DNA from: Myxococcota bacterium
Lineage (GTDB): Bacteria; Myxococcota_A; Polyangia; Nannocystales; Nannocystaceae
Assembly (NCBI GenBank): GCA_039028615.1
Contig: JBCCHT010000015.1
Coordinates: forward strand, 96,001 to 160,000
Reading direction: 5' to 3'
Length of the DNA stretch: 64,000 nucleotides
Shown piece by piece: positions 10,276 to 19,226 of this stretch (positions within the stretch are counted from its first letter, which is position 1; each line of letters opens with the position of its first letter). Under the pieces are notes generated by a model, which saw nothing but the letters and a program-made list of their open reading frames with translations, made no database searches and had not been told where the DNA came from. The position numbers and the translations under genes were made by a program.

Positions 10276-11312
10276 CCGACCGGGTTCGGCACGAAGCAGC
10301 GAATGTTGGTCTCGATGCGGAAGTTCGACTCGCTCGTCTGCCGCTCGGCGTGGAAGATGTCCATCTCGTAGAAGCCCCCCGGCGTGATGCCCAGCGCCGC
10401 CGCCTGAGCGTCGAAGTCGACGGTGCCCTCGAGCGCCTCGTGCAGGCCGCCCATGTCGAGCGCCAGGGCGCCGTTGACGAAGATCCACAGGTCGTCGTCG
10501 CCGCGGAAGGTGAAGACCTGCCCCGCCTCGTACTCGAACAGGACGTGCACCTCGGTGGTGAAGTGGAAGTTGTGGTCCAAGCCGGGGCTGTTCCCGAAGC
10601 CCATGTCGTCGAGCGGGAAGAAGGCGTTGCTGTCGTAGACGTAGACGCCGGAGCCGGGCACGTCCTCGTCGAAGTCGAGCTCGATCTCGAACTCCATGTT
10701 CACGCCGTCGACGGTGTTGAACCATTGGTTGAACGACGTGGTGCTCTCGACCTCGTAGGTGGGCGGGTCGAAGGTCCACGGCTGGCACGTACCGACGTTG
10801 CAGATGCCGCTCTTGGCGGGCCAGCATCCGGCGCCCGAGACCACCCGTTGTTGTCGTCCCACGCCTTGCCGCACCGCGGGGCCTCCCTCGGCCACGTCGG
10901 GCTCGCCCGCGTAGAACACCGGCTTGCGGTCGGCCCCCAAGGCGGACTCGACGAGGCCGCAGCCGACGTCGTTCCAGCCCATGTAGACCTCGCCCTCGTG
11001 CACCACGCCGCGGGCCGAGACCTCGAAGTCGGTGTGGCCGCTGGCTTCACCGCCGCCTCGGAAATCTCGGAACGTGACGGGCAGGGTCGAGTCGCAGGTG
11101 TCGGGCAGGCCGCCGAAGTCGAGCTTGGCTCCTGTCTCGTCCTCTTCCTCGTCGTCGGCACCGGAGTCGGCCGTGGTGCCCCCGGAGATCCCGGTGCCCC
11201 CCACCGTCACTCCATTGGAGGTCATCTGCTCGAACCCGTTGCCGGTACTGCCGACCGTGCACCCCGAGAGCGCCAATGCCGCAACTGCTACTCGAACCGT
11301 CCCCTCATGCAT
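10272..11312 (-). CDS. Fibro-slime (PA14-related) domain lipoprotein
   Basis: RDF...HTDFE, FNQWF, FFPLD, HNFHFTTEVH, FTFRGDDDLWIFVNG, DIFHAERQTSESNFRIET. Confidence 0.92.
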   Translation of the reverse strand: MHEGTVRVAVAALALSGCTVGSTGNGFEQMTSNGVTVGGTGISGGTTADSGADDEEEDETGAKLDFGGLPDTCDSTLPVTFRDFRGGGEASGHTDFEVSARGVVHEGEVYMGWNDVGCGLVESALGADRKPVFYAGEPDVAEGGPAVRQGVGRQQRVVSGAGCWPAKSGICNVGTCQPWTFDPPTYEVESTTSFNQWFNTVDGVNMEFEIELDFDEDVPGSGVYVYDSNAFFPLDDMGFGNSPGLDHNFHFTTEVHVLFEYEAGQVFTFRGDDDLWIFVNGALALDMGGLHEALEGTVDFDAQAAALGITPGGFYEMDIFHAERQTSESNFRIETNIRCFVPNPVG

Positions 11313-11466
11313 CAAGAGCTTGGTGGGCCCCAGGGCCTCCAGCCGATGAAATTTTCGTCGCTCGGCGAGGAAAGGACACCTGGGGCCGTGAAAAAGGGGG
11401 CCGGGGGACCCTACTTCTCGTGCGAGCCGGTCCCCGCGGCGCAGACGACTCGTGGTGGGGCCTGGC

Positions 11467-14268
11467 CTATTCTTCGCCGCCGATGCCCGGGTCGGAGGCG
11501 TCGATCGACCACTGCCAGTTGTCGAGCAGGACCACCGAGTCCCACAGGCTGTCGCCCGTGTCCCAGATCGTAAAGCGAATCTCCATGACCTCGCCCGGCG
11601 TCACGTTGCCCGACATGTTCAGCCAGCCCGTGCCGCCGCCGACGTCGTCGTTGCCAGCACACGCCGCGGCCGCGTCATCGAAGCCGGTACCGACCAAGCC
11701 GGTTTCACCCGTGCACCCCGCATAGTTGGCGATGGGGCCCAGGGCACAGCCGGTCTCGCCGTTGTCGCACTCGGTGAACAGGCCCGGCGCCGCCGAGACC
11801 AGGTTCACGCCCACCGGCCACTGGTTCGCGCCGTCGTCGTAGATCGCGATGTTCGAGTCGGGCGGGTTGCCCGGGTCCGTGGAGTCGACCAACGTGACGA
11901 AGAAGTCGTTGAAGGGCGTGCACACGTACTCGGGGTACTCGGCGGACATGAAGTACATGTCCACGGAGAACGAGTTGGCGTTGGTCGGCACGCGGATGCG
12001 GATGCGGAGCATCGCCGAGTCGAACGCGGTGGTGTTGGCCGGGACCGCACATCCGGGCGCGTTGGGGAAATTGCCGCCGTTGGCCGCGAGCCAGCCCGCG
12101 GGGGCGCCCACGTCCGAAGCCGCGCCCATATCGTTGCCCGCCTCCCAGCCACCGTGGGCAGGGTTGGCCTGGCCGGGCGCCGCGGCGAATCCGGTCGACA
12201 ACACCGAGAAGTTCGTGCCCCTCTGCGGCGTATTGAAGGGGCCGAACAGGGGCCGGATGGAACGGGAGTTGACGTTCGGGGCCCCGGTGTCGTCGGCCAG
12301 CCACAGGTCGGCATCGATGACGCCCCAGATCTGCTGGTCGATGGGCGGCGCCTCGGTGGTGAACTGACACAGGTCGATCGCGCGGGCGTAGTCGAGCGGA
12401 TCGTTGCTGTTGCTCGCGAGCCCGGCCCCGCACAGGGGCACGGAGTTGTCGATGAGCCCGTCGCAGTCGTCGTCGACCATGTTGTCGGGGTCTTCGAACG
12501 CGCCCGGGTTCACGATGCCCGGGTCCGCACAGTTGGGCCCGGCCGTGTCGCAGCAGTCGTTGTCGCAGACGCCGTAGCCGTCACCGTCGTCGTCGGTGTT
12601 GTCGTCGACGACGCCGTCGCAGTTCTCGTCGATGCCGTTGCCACAGACCTCGGTCTCCGGGAACGTGGTCTGCGTGCAGACGAGCACGCCACCGGTGCAG
12701 AACTCGTAGCCCGTGCCGCAGGGGCCGTCGAGGCCCGTGTCGCATTCGCCGGAGCCCAGGTCGCCCTCGTCGGGGAAGCCGTCGCAGTCGTCGTCCAGGC
12801 CGTTGCAGACCTCGGGCGACGAGGGGGTGTTGGGCTCGCACACGATGACGCCGCCGGAGCAGGTCAAGGTGCCGGGGCTGCACACGCCGGGCAGGCCGGT
12901 CACGCACGGGGCCCCGCCGCCCGGGTTGCCCTCGTCGGGGACGCCGTCGCAGTTGTTGTCGAGGCCGTCGCAGGTCTCGGCGCTCGGGAACACGGTCTGA
13001 TCGCAGGTGAGTCCGCCGCCGGAGCAGGTCTCGACTCCGGTGCCGCACACGCCCATCAGGCCGGTGGCACAGGCTCCGCCGCCCTCGGGGTCGCCGTCGT
13101 CGGGGACGCCGTCGCAGTCGTTGTCGAGGCCGTCGCACAGCTCTGCGCTCGCCCCCTCGTCGCCCTGGCACACGATGCCACCGCCCACGCACGCCTCGGT
13201 GCCGGCCGAGCACACGCCGAGAAGACCGGTGTCGCAGGCACCACCGCCGCCCGGGTTGCCGTCGTCGGGGACGCCGTCGCAGTCGTCGTCGGCTCCGTTG
13301 CAGATCTCGGCTCCGGGCACGAAGTTGGCCTCGCACACGATCGCGCCGCCCGTGCACATCTCGGTACCGGGGCCGCATACGCCCTCGAGGCCCGTGTCAC
13401 AGGCCGCGCCGCCGCCCGGATTGCCGTCGTCCACGAAGCCGTTGCAGTCGTCGTCGATGTCGTTGCACGACTCCACGCCGACCGCGATGTCCTGCTCGCA
13501 GCTGAGCGCTCCGCCGATGCAGGCCTCCGTGCCGGCACTGCACGCGCCCTCCAAGCCGGTGTCACACGCTCCGCCGCCCTCCGGGTCCCCCTCGTCGTCG
13601 GTCCCGTCGCAGTTGTTGTCCAGCCCGTCGCACAGCTCGGCCTCCGGCGTTACGTCGCCGACGCACTCGCCCCATTGTCCTTCCACGCAGGTCTGCGTGC
13701 CCTGGGCGCACAGGCCCACGCCGACGCGCAGCGGGTCGCCCGTGTAGCAATCCTGGACTTCGTCGTTGATGCAGTCGCAGTCTTCGTCGACCTCGCCGTC
13801 GCAGTCGTCGTCGGTGCCGTCGCAGGTCTCGCCCTCGGGGTTGGGTTCACCCGGCTCGCACTCGACGGGCATGCCGTCGATGCACGTCGACGTAATGACC
13901 TCGCAGACGCCGACGCCACACGTGACTTCTTCGTCGAGGCCTTCGTCCGCCACCCCGTCGCAGTTGTCGTCCTCGCCGTTGCAGACCTCGGGCTCGTCCG
14001 AGCATCCCGCGTCACCGGAGCCGTCGTCGGCGCCGGTGGAGCCCGAGTCGCCGCCGCCGTCACCGACGCCGGTTCCATCGGCTTGGTCGTCGCCCGTGCC
14101 GCCGGTGCTGCTGCCAGTGGCGGGACTGGTGGGTGCACCCGTCGTGCCCGGCGTCGGATTGCCGAAGGGGTTCTCGACGACGTCGTCGGACCCGGGGCAG
14201 CCAGTCGCGGAGATGAGCAGGCCCAGAGCAGTGATCGGAAACGTAAAGCGAACTGGACCAAGCATCAT
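11467..14268 (-). CDS. Cys/Asp-rich MopE-like putative metal-binding repeat lipoprotein with C-terminal choice-of-anchor L-type domain
   Basis: About 10 ExCxGxDxxCDGxxDE repeats; C-terminal LSTG, FMSAEYPEYVCTPFNDFF, IWDTGDSLWDSVVLLDN. Confidence 0.85.
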   Translation of the reverse strand: MMLGPVRFTFPITALGLLISATGCPGSDDVVENPFGNPTPGTTGAPTSPATGSSTGGTGDDQADGTGVGDGGGDSGSTGADDGSGDAGCSDEPEVCNGEDDNCDGVADEGLDEEVTCGVGVCEVITSTCIDGMPVECEPGEPNPEGETCDGTDDDCDGEVDEDCDCINDEVQDCYTGDPLRVGVGLCAQGTQTCVEGQWGECVGDVTPEAELCDGLDNNCDGTDDEGDPEGGGACDTGLEGACSAGTEACIGGALSCEQDIAVGVESCNDIDDDCNGFVDDGNPGGGAACDTGLEGVCGPGTEMCTGGAIVCEANFVPGAEICNGADDDCDGVPDDGNPGGGGACDTGLLGVCSAGTEACVGGGIVCQGDEGASAELCDGLDNDCDGVPDDGDPEGGGACATGLMGVCGTGVETCSGGGLTCDQTVFPSAETCDGLDNNCDGVPDEGNPGGGAPCVTGLPGVCSPGTLTCSGGVIVCEPNTPSSPEVCNGLDDDCDGFPDEGDLGSGECDTGLDGPCGTGYEFCTGGVLVCTQTTFPETEVCGNGIDENCDGVVDDNTDDDGDGYGVCDNDCCDTAGPNCADPGIVNPGAFEDPDNMVDDDCDGLIDNSVPLCGAGLASNSNDPLDYARAIDLCQFTTEAPPIDQQIWGVIDADLWLADDTGAPNVNSRSIRPLFGPFNTPQRGTNFSVLSTGFAAAPGQANPAHGGWEAGNDMGAASDVGAPAGWLAANGGNFPNAPGCAVPANTTAFDSAMLRIRIRVPTNANSFSVDMYFMSAEYPEYVCTPFNDFFVTLVDSTDPGNPPDSNIAIYDDGANQWPVGVNLVSAAPGLFTECDNGETGCALGPIANYAGCTGETGLVGTGFDDAAAACAGNDDVGGGTGWLNMSGNVTPGEVMEIRFTIWDTGDSLWDSVVLLDNWQWSIDASDPGIGGEE
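12460..13990 (-). repeat. Intragenic tandem repeats (about 180-bp / 60-aa unit in the core)
   Basis: Repeated CDTGL.GVC..GTE.C.GG..VC...E.CDGLDN.CDG.PD.G.PGGG unit. Confidence 0.85.
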
Positions 14269-14489
14269 GGGGCCAATTGTCGCCCGTTCATTGACCAATT
14301 GTCATCAGGGACAGGCCCCACACGTGCCAGGCCCAATGGTGATCCGAGTGGGCCGACGTCGATATGTTTGGGTTATTTGTGGCCTTTGTACGGCGTTTTT
14401 GTTCGACCGCGTGTCTGCTGGTGTAGGTCGATCTGCGTTGCGGAGCATGGAGCCTCGCCCAAGATCCGCAACGCGACCGCGCGGCTGCG

Positions 14490-16226
14490 CTACGGCATGG
14501 TCTCGGACGTGTACACGTAGTGCACCAGCGAGTTCTGATTGCAGTGCGGCACGTCGGAGGTCTCCGGGTCGAGCACGGCATCGGGCACGTATGACCACGT
14601 CACGCGTCCGGGCCCCATCGGAATCATCTCGTTGACCTCGCCCCAGCCCACGCCCGGGACTTCCGTGGCTTCGGTCAGCGGGTTGCCCTCGCCGTCGATC
14701 TCCATCAGCCAGTAGCTCCACGGAATGCGGAGGCTGTTGTTGCGCTCGGACCCCTCGAGCCCATCGCTGACGCGCAGCCCGGAGCCCCATCCCAGCAGGT
14801 AGCGGTCTCCACCCAGAGGCGCGAGCTGAGGCCAGGAGAAGAACGAGTCGTCGTCTCCAGCGACCCACGTGATGTCGCCCTCCGATTGTCCGTCGGCGTC
14901 GAAGCGCAACAACCCGAGCTGCGTGGGAATCGTGTCGTCGTAGCCTCCGACGATCGGATCGGGCTCACCCACGATGAGCGACAAGAAACCACCGCCCGGT
15001 CGCGCCACCAGGGGCCCGGCGCCGCCCTTGAGCCACAGCGCGCTGTAGCGCGATGCGTAGTGCACCTCGGTGTCCTCGTTGTCGTCCTCCATGCGGAACG
15101 AGATCGTGACCCGGTCGCTGTGCCCGTCGTCGCTGAAGTCGGTGCTGCAGGCCATCGCGTACTGCTGCGTGGTCGGGTCGTAGGCCGGCCGGTTGTGGAT
15201 CGTGTGGCCCGTCGCGCACGCCCACGTCCACCCCCGATTGGTGAAGGTGTAGTCGCTGCGATCGAGGATCATGAACGAGTCGGCCTCGTGGCAATCCGTG
15301 CCTTCGCCCACCGTGGCCTTGAGCGCGATACCGTAGGTCCCGTCGTTCTCGCCGTAGCGCAGGTAGTTCTGGCCGAACTCCCAGCTGCCGATCGACTTGT
15401 GCACGATGACGTCGACGGGCGGCTGCGACAGGTCGCCGTCGGGCCACTCGTAGAGCCACATGTGCTCGTTCATCTTCGGCGGCATGGTGCCGCACGTGTT
15501 CTCGTTGGTGAGCCAGTCCTCGGCGGGATGGCCCGCGATGGCATCGTAGTCCGCGCCTTCCGTCGTATTGGGCGTGCGACACAAGACGGCCACCGTCGAG
15601 CAGTCCTCCGCCGCCGCGATGCCGTGCATCGAGCGGCACTCGGGGAAGTGATGGCTCTGCTCGACCTCCAGCGCGCCCGTCTCGGGATTGAAGGTGGTGA
15701 CCGTCAGCCCGCCCGTGGTGACGTCGGGTCCTTCTTCTGCCTCCTCGCCCACGGTGTACGACGAGAACACGCGCCGCGGCTCGCCCGGGGGCTTGCACGA
15801 CGCGAAGTACATGCGTCGGGGCGCGTGCCCGTCTTGGTAGTTCTGGAACGGCGCCAGCAGTCGGATCGTCCAGTCCCACTCGCACGCGATGGGGCCTCCG
15901 CCCGGAAGATCGTCTTGCACCGTCACCGAGATGCCCGGCATCCACGGCTCGTCCGCGCCTCCGCTGCTGTCGCCGTCGTCGACCGAGCCGCCCGAAGGCG
16001 AGTCTCCCGACGCATCGGCGCCACTCGTGCCCGGGCCGTCGTCGGTGGCCGAGCCAGCCGTAGGGGACGAGCCTCCGTCCGTCGCCGAGCCGCTCCCGCC
16101 GTCGGCCACTCCGCTGCCGTCACCCGCCGGGGTTCCGCAGCCCAGCGCACCCGACATTGCCAGCGCGGCCATCCAGCGAACCCGTATTGTCCCTGCACCC
16201 GTTTCGATCGTCTCCACCACGTTCAC
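14490..16226 (-). CDS. Hypothetical lipoprotein
   Basis: ALAMSGALGC lipobox, Ser/Gly/Asp linker, large Cys/His/Trp-containing domain; start uncertain (GTG 16226/16220 or ATG about 16172). Confidence 0.7.
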   Translation of the reverse strand: MNVVETIETGAGTIRVRWMAALAMSGALGCGTPAGDGSGVADGGSGSATDGGSSPTAGSATDDGPGTSGADASGDSPSGGSVDDGDSSGGADEPWMPGISVTVQDDLPGGGPIACEWDWTIRLLAPFQNYQDGHAPRRMYFASCKPPGEPRRVFSSYTVGEEAEEGPDVTTGGLTVTTFNPETGALEVEQSHHFPECRSMHGIAAAEDCSTVAVLCRTPNTTEGADYDAIAGHPAEDWLTNENTCGTMPPKMNEHMWLYEWPDGDLSQPPVDVIVHKSIGSWEFGQNYLRYGENDGTYGIALKATVGEGTDCHEADSFMILDRSDYTFTNRGWTWACATGHTIHNRPAYDPTTQQYAMACSTDFSDDGHSDRVTISFRMEDDNEDTEVHYASRYSALWLKGGAGPLVARPGGGFLSLIVGEPDPIVGGYDDTIPTQLGLLRFDADGQSEGDITWVAGDDDSFFSWPQLAPLGGDRYLLGWGSGLRVSDGLEGSERNNSLRIPWSYWLMEIDGEGNPLTEATEVPGVGWGEVNEMIPMGPGRVTWSYVPDAVLDPETSDVPHCNQNSLVHYVYTSETMP

Positions 16227-16565
16227 TCCAATCTCCACAACCGACGAGCACGGCACGCATGGGGCTTTGGGCCCCCGTCGGGGCGAACCGCCCACAACCG
16301 AATTCGGCTACCCGTGCAGTATGCCCATCACCCACGGGGGGCGTGGTCATGGGCTGGCACAATGGATGAAAAAAACGAGACTGCTTCGAAGTTCCAACAG
16401 GGTTGATGCGAGCGGCGTAGCTACCCGCACCATCACTACGGCTCGAAGGTTGGAGCATGCGAAATTGGCATGAGTGGACGGGAGCGGTCGTGTGGGGGGT
16501 GTATGCCCCGGTGGCGCTATGAAGGAACGGTCAACGAACGAGTGGCGGAGTCGGGGAGTCGTCGA

Positions 16566-17744
16566 TCACGGCGGAGGCTCGCCGTTCATGTACGCTCGAA
16601 TCTGGTTCACCTGGTTCGTACCCCACTCCGTCTTTCCATCATTACTGTTGAGCGCCCACAAAAACGCCATCGGGTAGTTGCTGCGTTGTTCGAGGAACTC
16701 GAGCCGATGGTACAGGTAACGGTTTCGATTGCCCTCGGTGGGCCGGCAGTCGCCCCAGGCTTCGCGGGGGTCGGGAACGTCCGTCGCAAACTCGCCGATC
16801 ATGCACGGGCGGAAGGGCAGGCGGTCATAGGCCGGCAGGCGGGAGGGCAACGAGTACCCGGGGTAGTGGTGAAACTGGTGCCAGTACTGGCCGCGTCGCG
16901 ACGCAGTTTGCAGCAGCCTTCTCAGTGGGGCGCTGATCCAGCTCGGGTTGTGGCTCAAAAAACCGATGGTCGAGCGAAAGTTCAGGCCGTGAATGCGATA
17001 GAGCGCCGCCCGGATGAAGCGAGACATGTCGTCGGGGCTGACGTGATCATGCCTGATTGCCCAGTCGGGCTCGTTGATGACTTCCCACGCGAAGATCGCA
17101 TCGCGGACTCTTCGAGAGGCATGCAACAGCGGAGTCAGGGTTGCGTCCAAGAACGGGTTGATGAAGCGCCCGCTGCCGTCGGGGCCGAAGATCAACTCAC
17201 CGCGACCTTGGCTGGTGGTGCCATCGCCTCTTTCATTGAGTTCCTTGAACCACTCGAAGCTGATGAGCGAGGGGATGATCTTCATCTCGGCGCTGATGCA
17301 CGCTTGGCACAGGCCGACGAAGTCTTCGATGAAATCGGCGTGGAGAGGGGGCGGCGCCACGCCTGGCTTCAACACGAGGCGACGTGTCAGGAGGCCCGTG
17401 GCCGTGGCGTGGGGATGCCAGTCGACCTGCGGATAGTTGATCCCGTCGGCGAGGATCCAAAACCGGATGACGGAGATCCCGAGTTGTCGCAGTTGTTGAA
17501 GCTTGGCGTGCACCGACGACCAATCGCGCGGCACGGGATGACGGGTCGCGGACCACCAGGGGGTCGGCCCGACGCCGAAGTCCCATCCGCAGCGACTGCT
17601 CGTCACAGATCCACCGCCCGAGACGGCCCGAGTGCCATTCCCCGTCCAGGGGTAGTTCACGCCGAGGACGAAGCGGGGACACACCGAGTTGCTGGTGCCG
17701 TCACCGTCGTCCGAAGGCGCGACATTGCAAACTTCGTCAACCAT
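16566..17744 (-). CDS. Glycoside hydrolase clan A (GH5-like, mannanase-like) without signal peptide
   Basis: GVNYPW...WDFG, IRFWILADG, acid/base WEVINEPDW, QFHHY, nucleophile MIGEF, AFLWA. Confidence 0.75.
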   Translation of the reverse strand: MVDEVCNVAPSDDGDGTSNSVCPRFVLGVNYPWTGNGTRAVSGGGSVTSSRCGWDFGVGPTPWWSATRHPVPRDWSSVHAKLQQLRQLGISVIRFWILADGINYPQVDWHPHATATGLLTRRLVLKPGVAPPPLHADFIEDFVGLCQACISAEMKIIPSLISFEWFKELNERGDGTTSQGRGELIFGPDGSGRFINPFLDATLTPLLHASRRVRDAIFAWEVINEPDWAIRHDHVSPDDMSRFIRAALYRIHGLNFRSTIGFLSHNPSWISAPLRRLLQTASRRGQYWHQFHHYPGYSLPSRLPAYDRLPFRPCMIGEFATDVPDPREAWGDCRPTEGNRNRYLYHRLEFLEQRSNYPMAFLWALNSNDGKTEWGTNQVNQIRAYMNGEPPP

Positions 17745-17761
17745 CGACGTTCTCCCGAGCC

Positions 17762-18436
17762 TCAGACCCCATGCGCACTCTCCAGTTCGGCCACCGTCTC
17801 GTCATCGAGCTCGCCGGTCTCCGAAAGCTCGCGGTCCCTCTGAAACCGCTGCAGCGCCGCGCTGATCTCCTCGGGTTCCATGTCGTCGTAGGGCCGCAGG
17901 TGGTAGCCGAGGTTTCGCAGTCGCGACATGGCGCCCTTGGGTTTCGTGGCGGGGTCGAGATGTCCGATCCGCAGGCGCATCGTCTGGCCATCCCCCTGCG
18001 GGTCACCCCGTAGCCACAGCGTCAGCTCGCCCGCGTCGACACCCGCCGGGACCCAGTGCTCGAGCATGCCGCCCTCCGGGATGGTGCCTTCGTACTCGGC
18101 GGGGTCGACCCGCAGGCGATAGCGCTTGCCTTCGATGCTGATGGGTCCGTCGTCGCGGAGCTTCAGCCGCAGCATGGTCGCCGGAGTCCCCAGTACGAAG
18201 TGGTGGACCTTGCCGGTCGCGCACCGATGCTCTTGCCCCCGATGCCGAACGACGCCGTCGCTGGTCTCCGCCAGCTCGACTTGGTCGTCGGGGTTGAGCA
18301 CCAGAGGATTGGGGCGGTCCTCCTTCAGCTGCGCATTCCCGGACTCCTCTCGCACGGCCCGCCAATCCGCCCGCCCGTGGGCAAGTGCGACGGACTGCAA
18401 GGTCTCGCCCTCCCGGACTTGGTGACTAGCTCCCAT
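17762..18436 (-). CDS. LysM + transthyretin-like + peptidoglycan-binding (PG_binding_1) protein
   Basis: N-terminal HQVREGETLQSVA...NPLVLNPDDQV (LysM); C-terminal RLRNLGY...ALQRFQRDRELSETGELDDET. Confidence 0.8.
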   Translation of the reverse strand: MGASHQVREGETLQSVALAHGRADWRAVREESGNAQLKEDRPNPLVLNPDDQVELAETSDGVVRHRGQEHRCATGKVHHFVLGTPATMLRLKLRDDGPISIEGKRYRLRVDPAEYEGTIPEGGMLEHWVPAGVDAGELTLWLRGDPQGDGQTMRLRIGHLDPATKPKGAMSRLRNLGYHLRPYDDMEPEEISAALQRFQRDRELSETGELDDETVAELESAHGV

Positions 18437-18442
18437 GCTCGT

Positions 18443-19042
18443 CTACGCTCCAGTCTGCTGCCATGGGTCCTGCATCTCTTCCAGCGGCACATCGGGAAAA
18501 CGAATGCGAGTGATGCCCGCGGTGATGTCGTCGTGTCGTGCCCGACCCGCGGAATCGGTGGTGCCGGTAATTCGCTCGCCGTCGGACAGGGTCAGCTCGT
18601 AGGTCTCGCCGCTTCGGGGGGTGCCGTCGCGGTGGGTGAGCACGAGCTCGATCCAGTCCAGGGGTTGCTCGGCGGGTGTGTCGTCGATCGGCTCGGTCGA
18701 CTCCACCCGCGGGAGGGTCGCGTGGCGGGCATACGGCGCCTCGAACAAGCGCAGCGGCGAGATGCCGCGGAACGCCTCGTCGCGAATCCATGCGATCCAC
18801 CCCCGCTCGTCGTCGGCATCGGGGCAGGGGTGGGTCTTCGGGAGCAGCTGCCGCAGGTGTGACGCGAACCGGCGAGGCTTGTGGCGAAAGGCGGCCTCGA
18901 GGATCTCGATGGCCTCGAACGCCTCGTCGATGCGCGTCCAGGCGGAAGGAGCATCGACGGTGGAAGGCCGCGGGGCGAGCACGAAGCGGCGCCCGAGGTG
19001 CTGGAACGAGAAGGCGTCGCGCCCGACTAGGGATTGGAACAC
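18443..19042 (-). CDS. Hypothetical protein with C-terminal transthyretin-like adaptor domain (T6SS VgrG-extension type)
   Basis: WIELVLTHRDGTPRSGETYELTLSDGERITGTTDSAGRARHDDITAG...RIRFP; GGGGAGG RBS before GTG. Confidence 0.65.
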   Translation of the reverse strand: MFQSLVGRDAFSFQHLGRRFVLAPRPSTVDAPSAWTRIDEAFEAIEILEAAFRHKPRRFASHLRQLLPKTHPCPDADDERGWIAWIRDEAFRGISPLRLFEAPYARHATLPRVESTEPIDDTPAEQPLDWIELVLTHRDGTPRSGETYELTLSDGERITGTTDSAGRARHDDITAGITRIRFPDVPLEEMQDPWQQTGA

Positions 19043-19226
19043 TCGGCATCCTCCCCGTGGCCTGGACGCCGACCCACCGATGCACTTCGCACTGCGTGAA
19101 GACTATGCCACGGCGCGGAAAAAACGCACAATGCAGGACGGGCGCAAACGCCCCTGGAGACCGCTTTTCGAGCGTCTGTGGCGATCGGTGATCGAAACTC
19201 GAGCGACGCGGTCTACCCCAGAGCCC

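Noticed and set aside
12460..13990. Regularly spaced DNA repeats considered as a CRISPR array
   Set aside because: They are degenerate in-frame protein repeats with third-position variation, and there are no unique spacers or cas genes.
11452..14520. 1022-aa plus-strand ORF and similar long antisense or alternate-frame ORFs (3958-5787, 8997-11573, 38933-40966, 48324-50084, 55175-57217)
   Set aside because: Shadow ORFs of high-GC coding sequence. They overlap genes with clear family motifs and have no motifs of their own.
14490..16226. Lipoprotein as the immunity protein of the GH5 cassette
   Set aside because: It is separated by more than 300 bp with its own upstream region and is much larger than typical immunity proteins. 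Nothing supports the link.
18621..19226. N-terminal 200-aa extension of the homocysteine methyltransferase ORF
   Set aside because: It overlaps the opposite-strand gene 18443-19042. Family similarity begins at ATG 19227.
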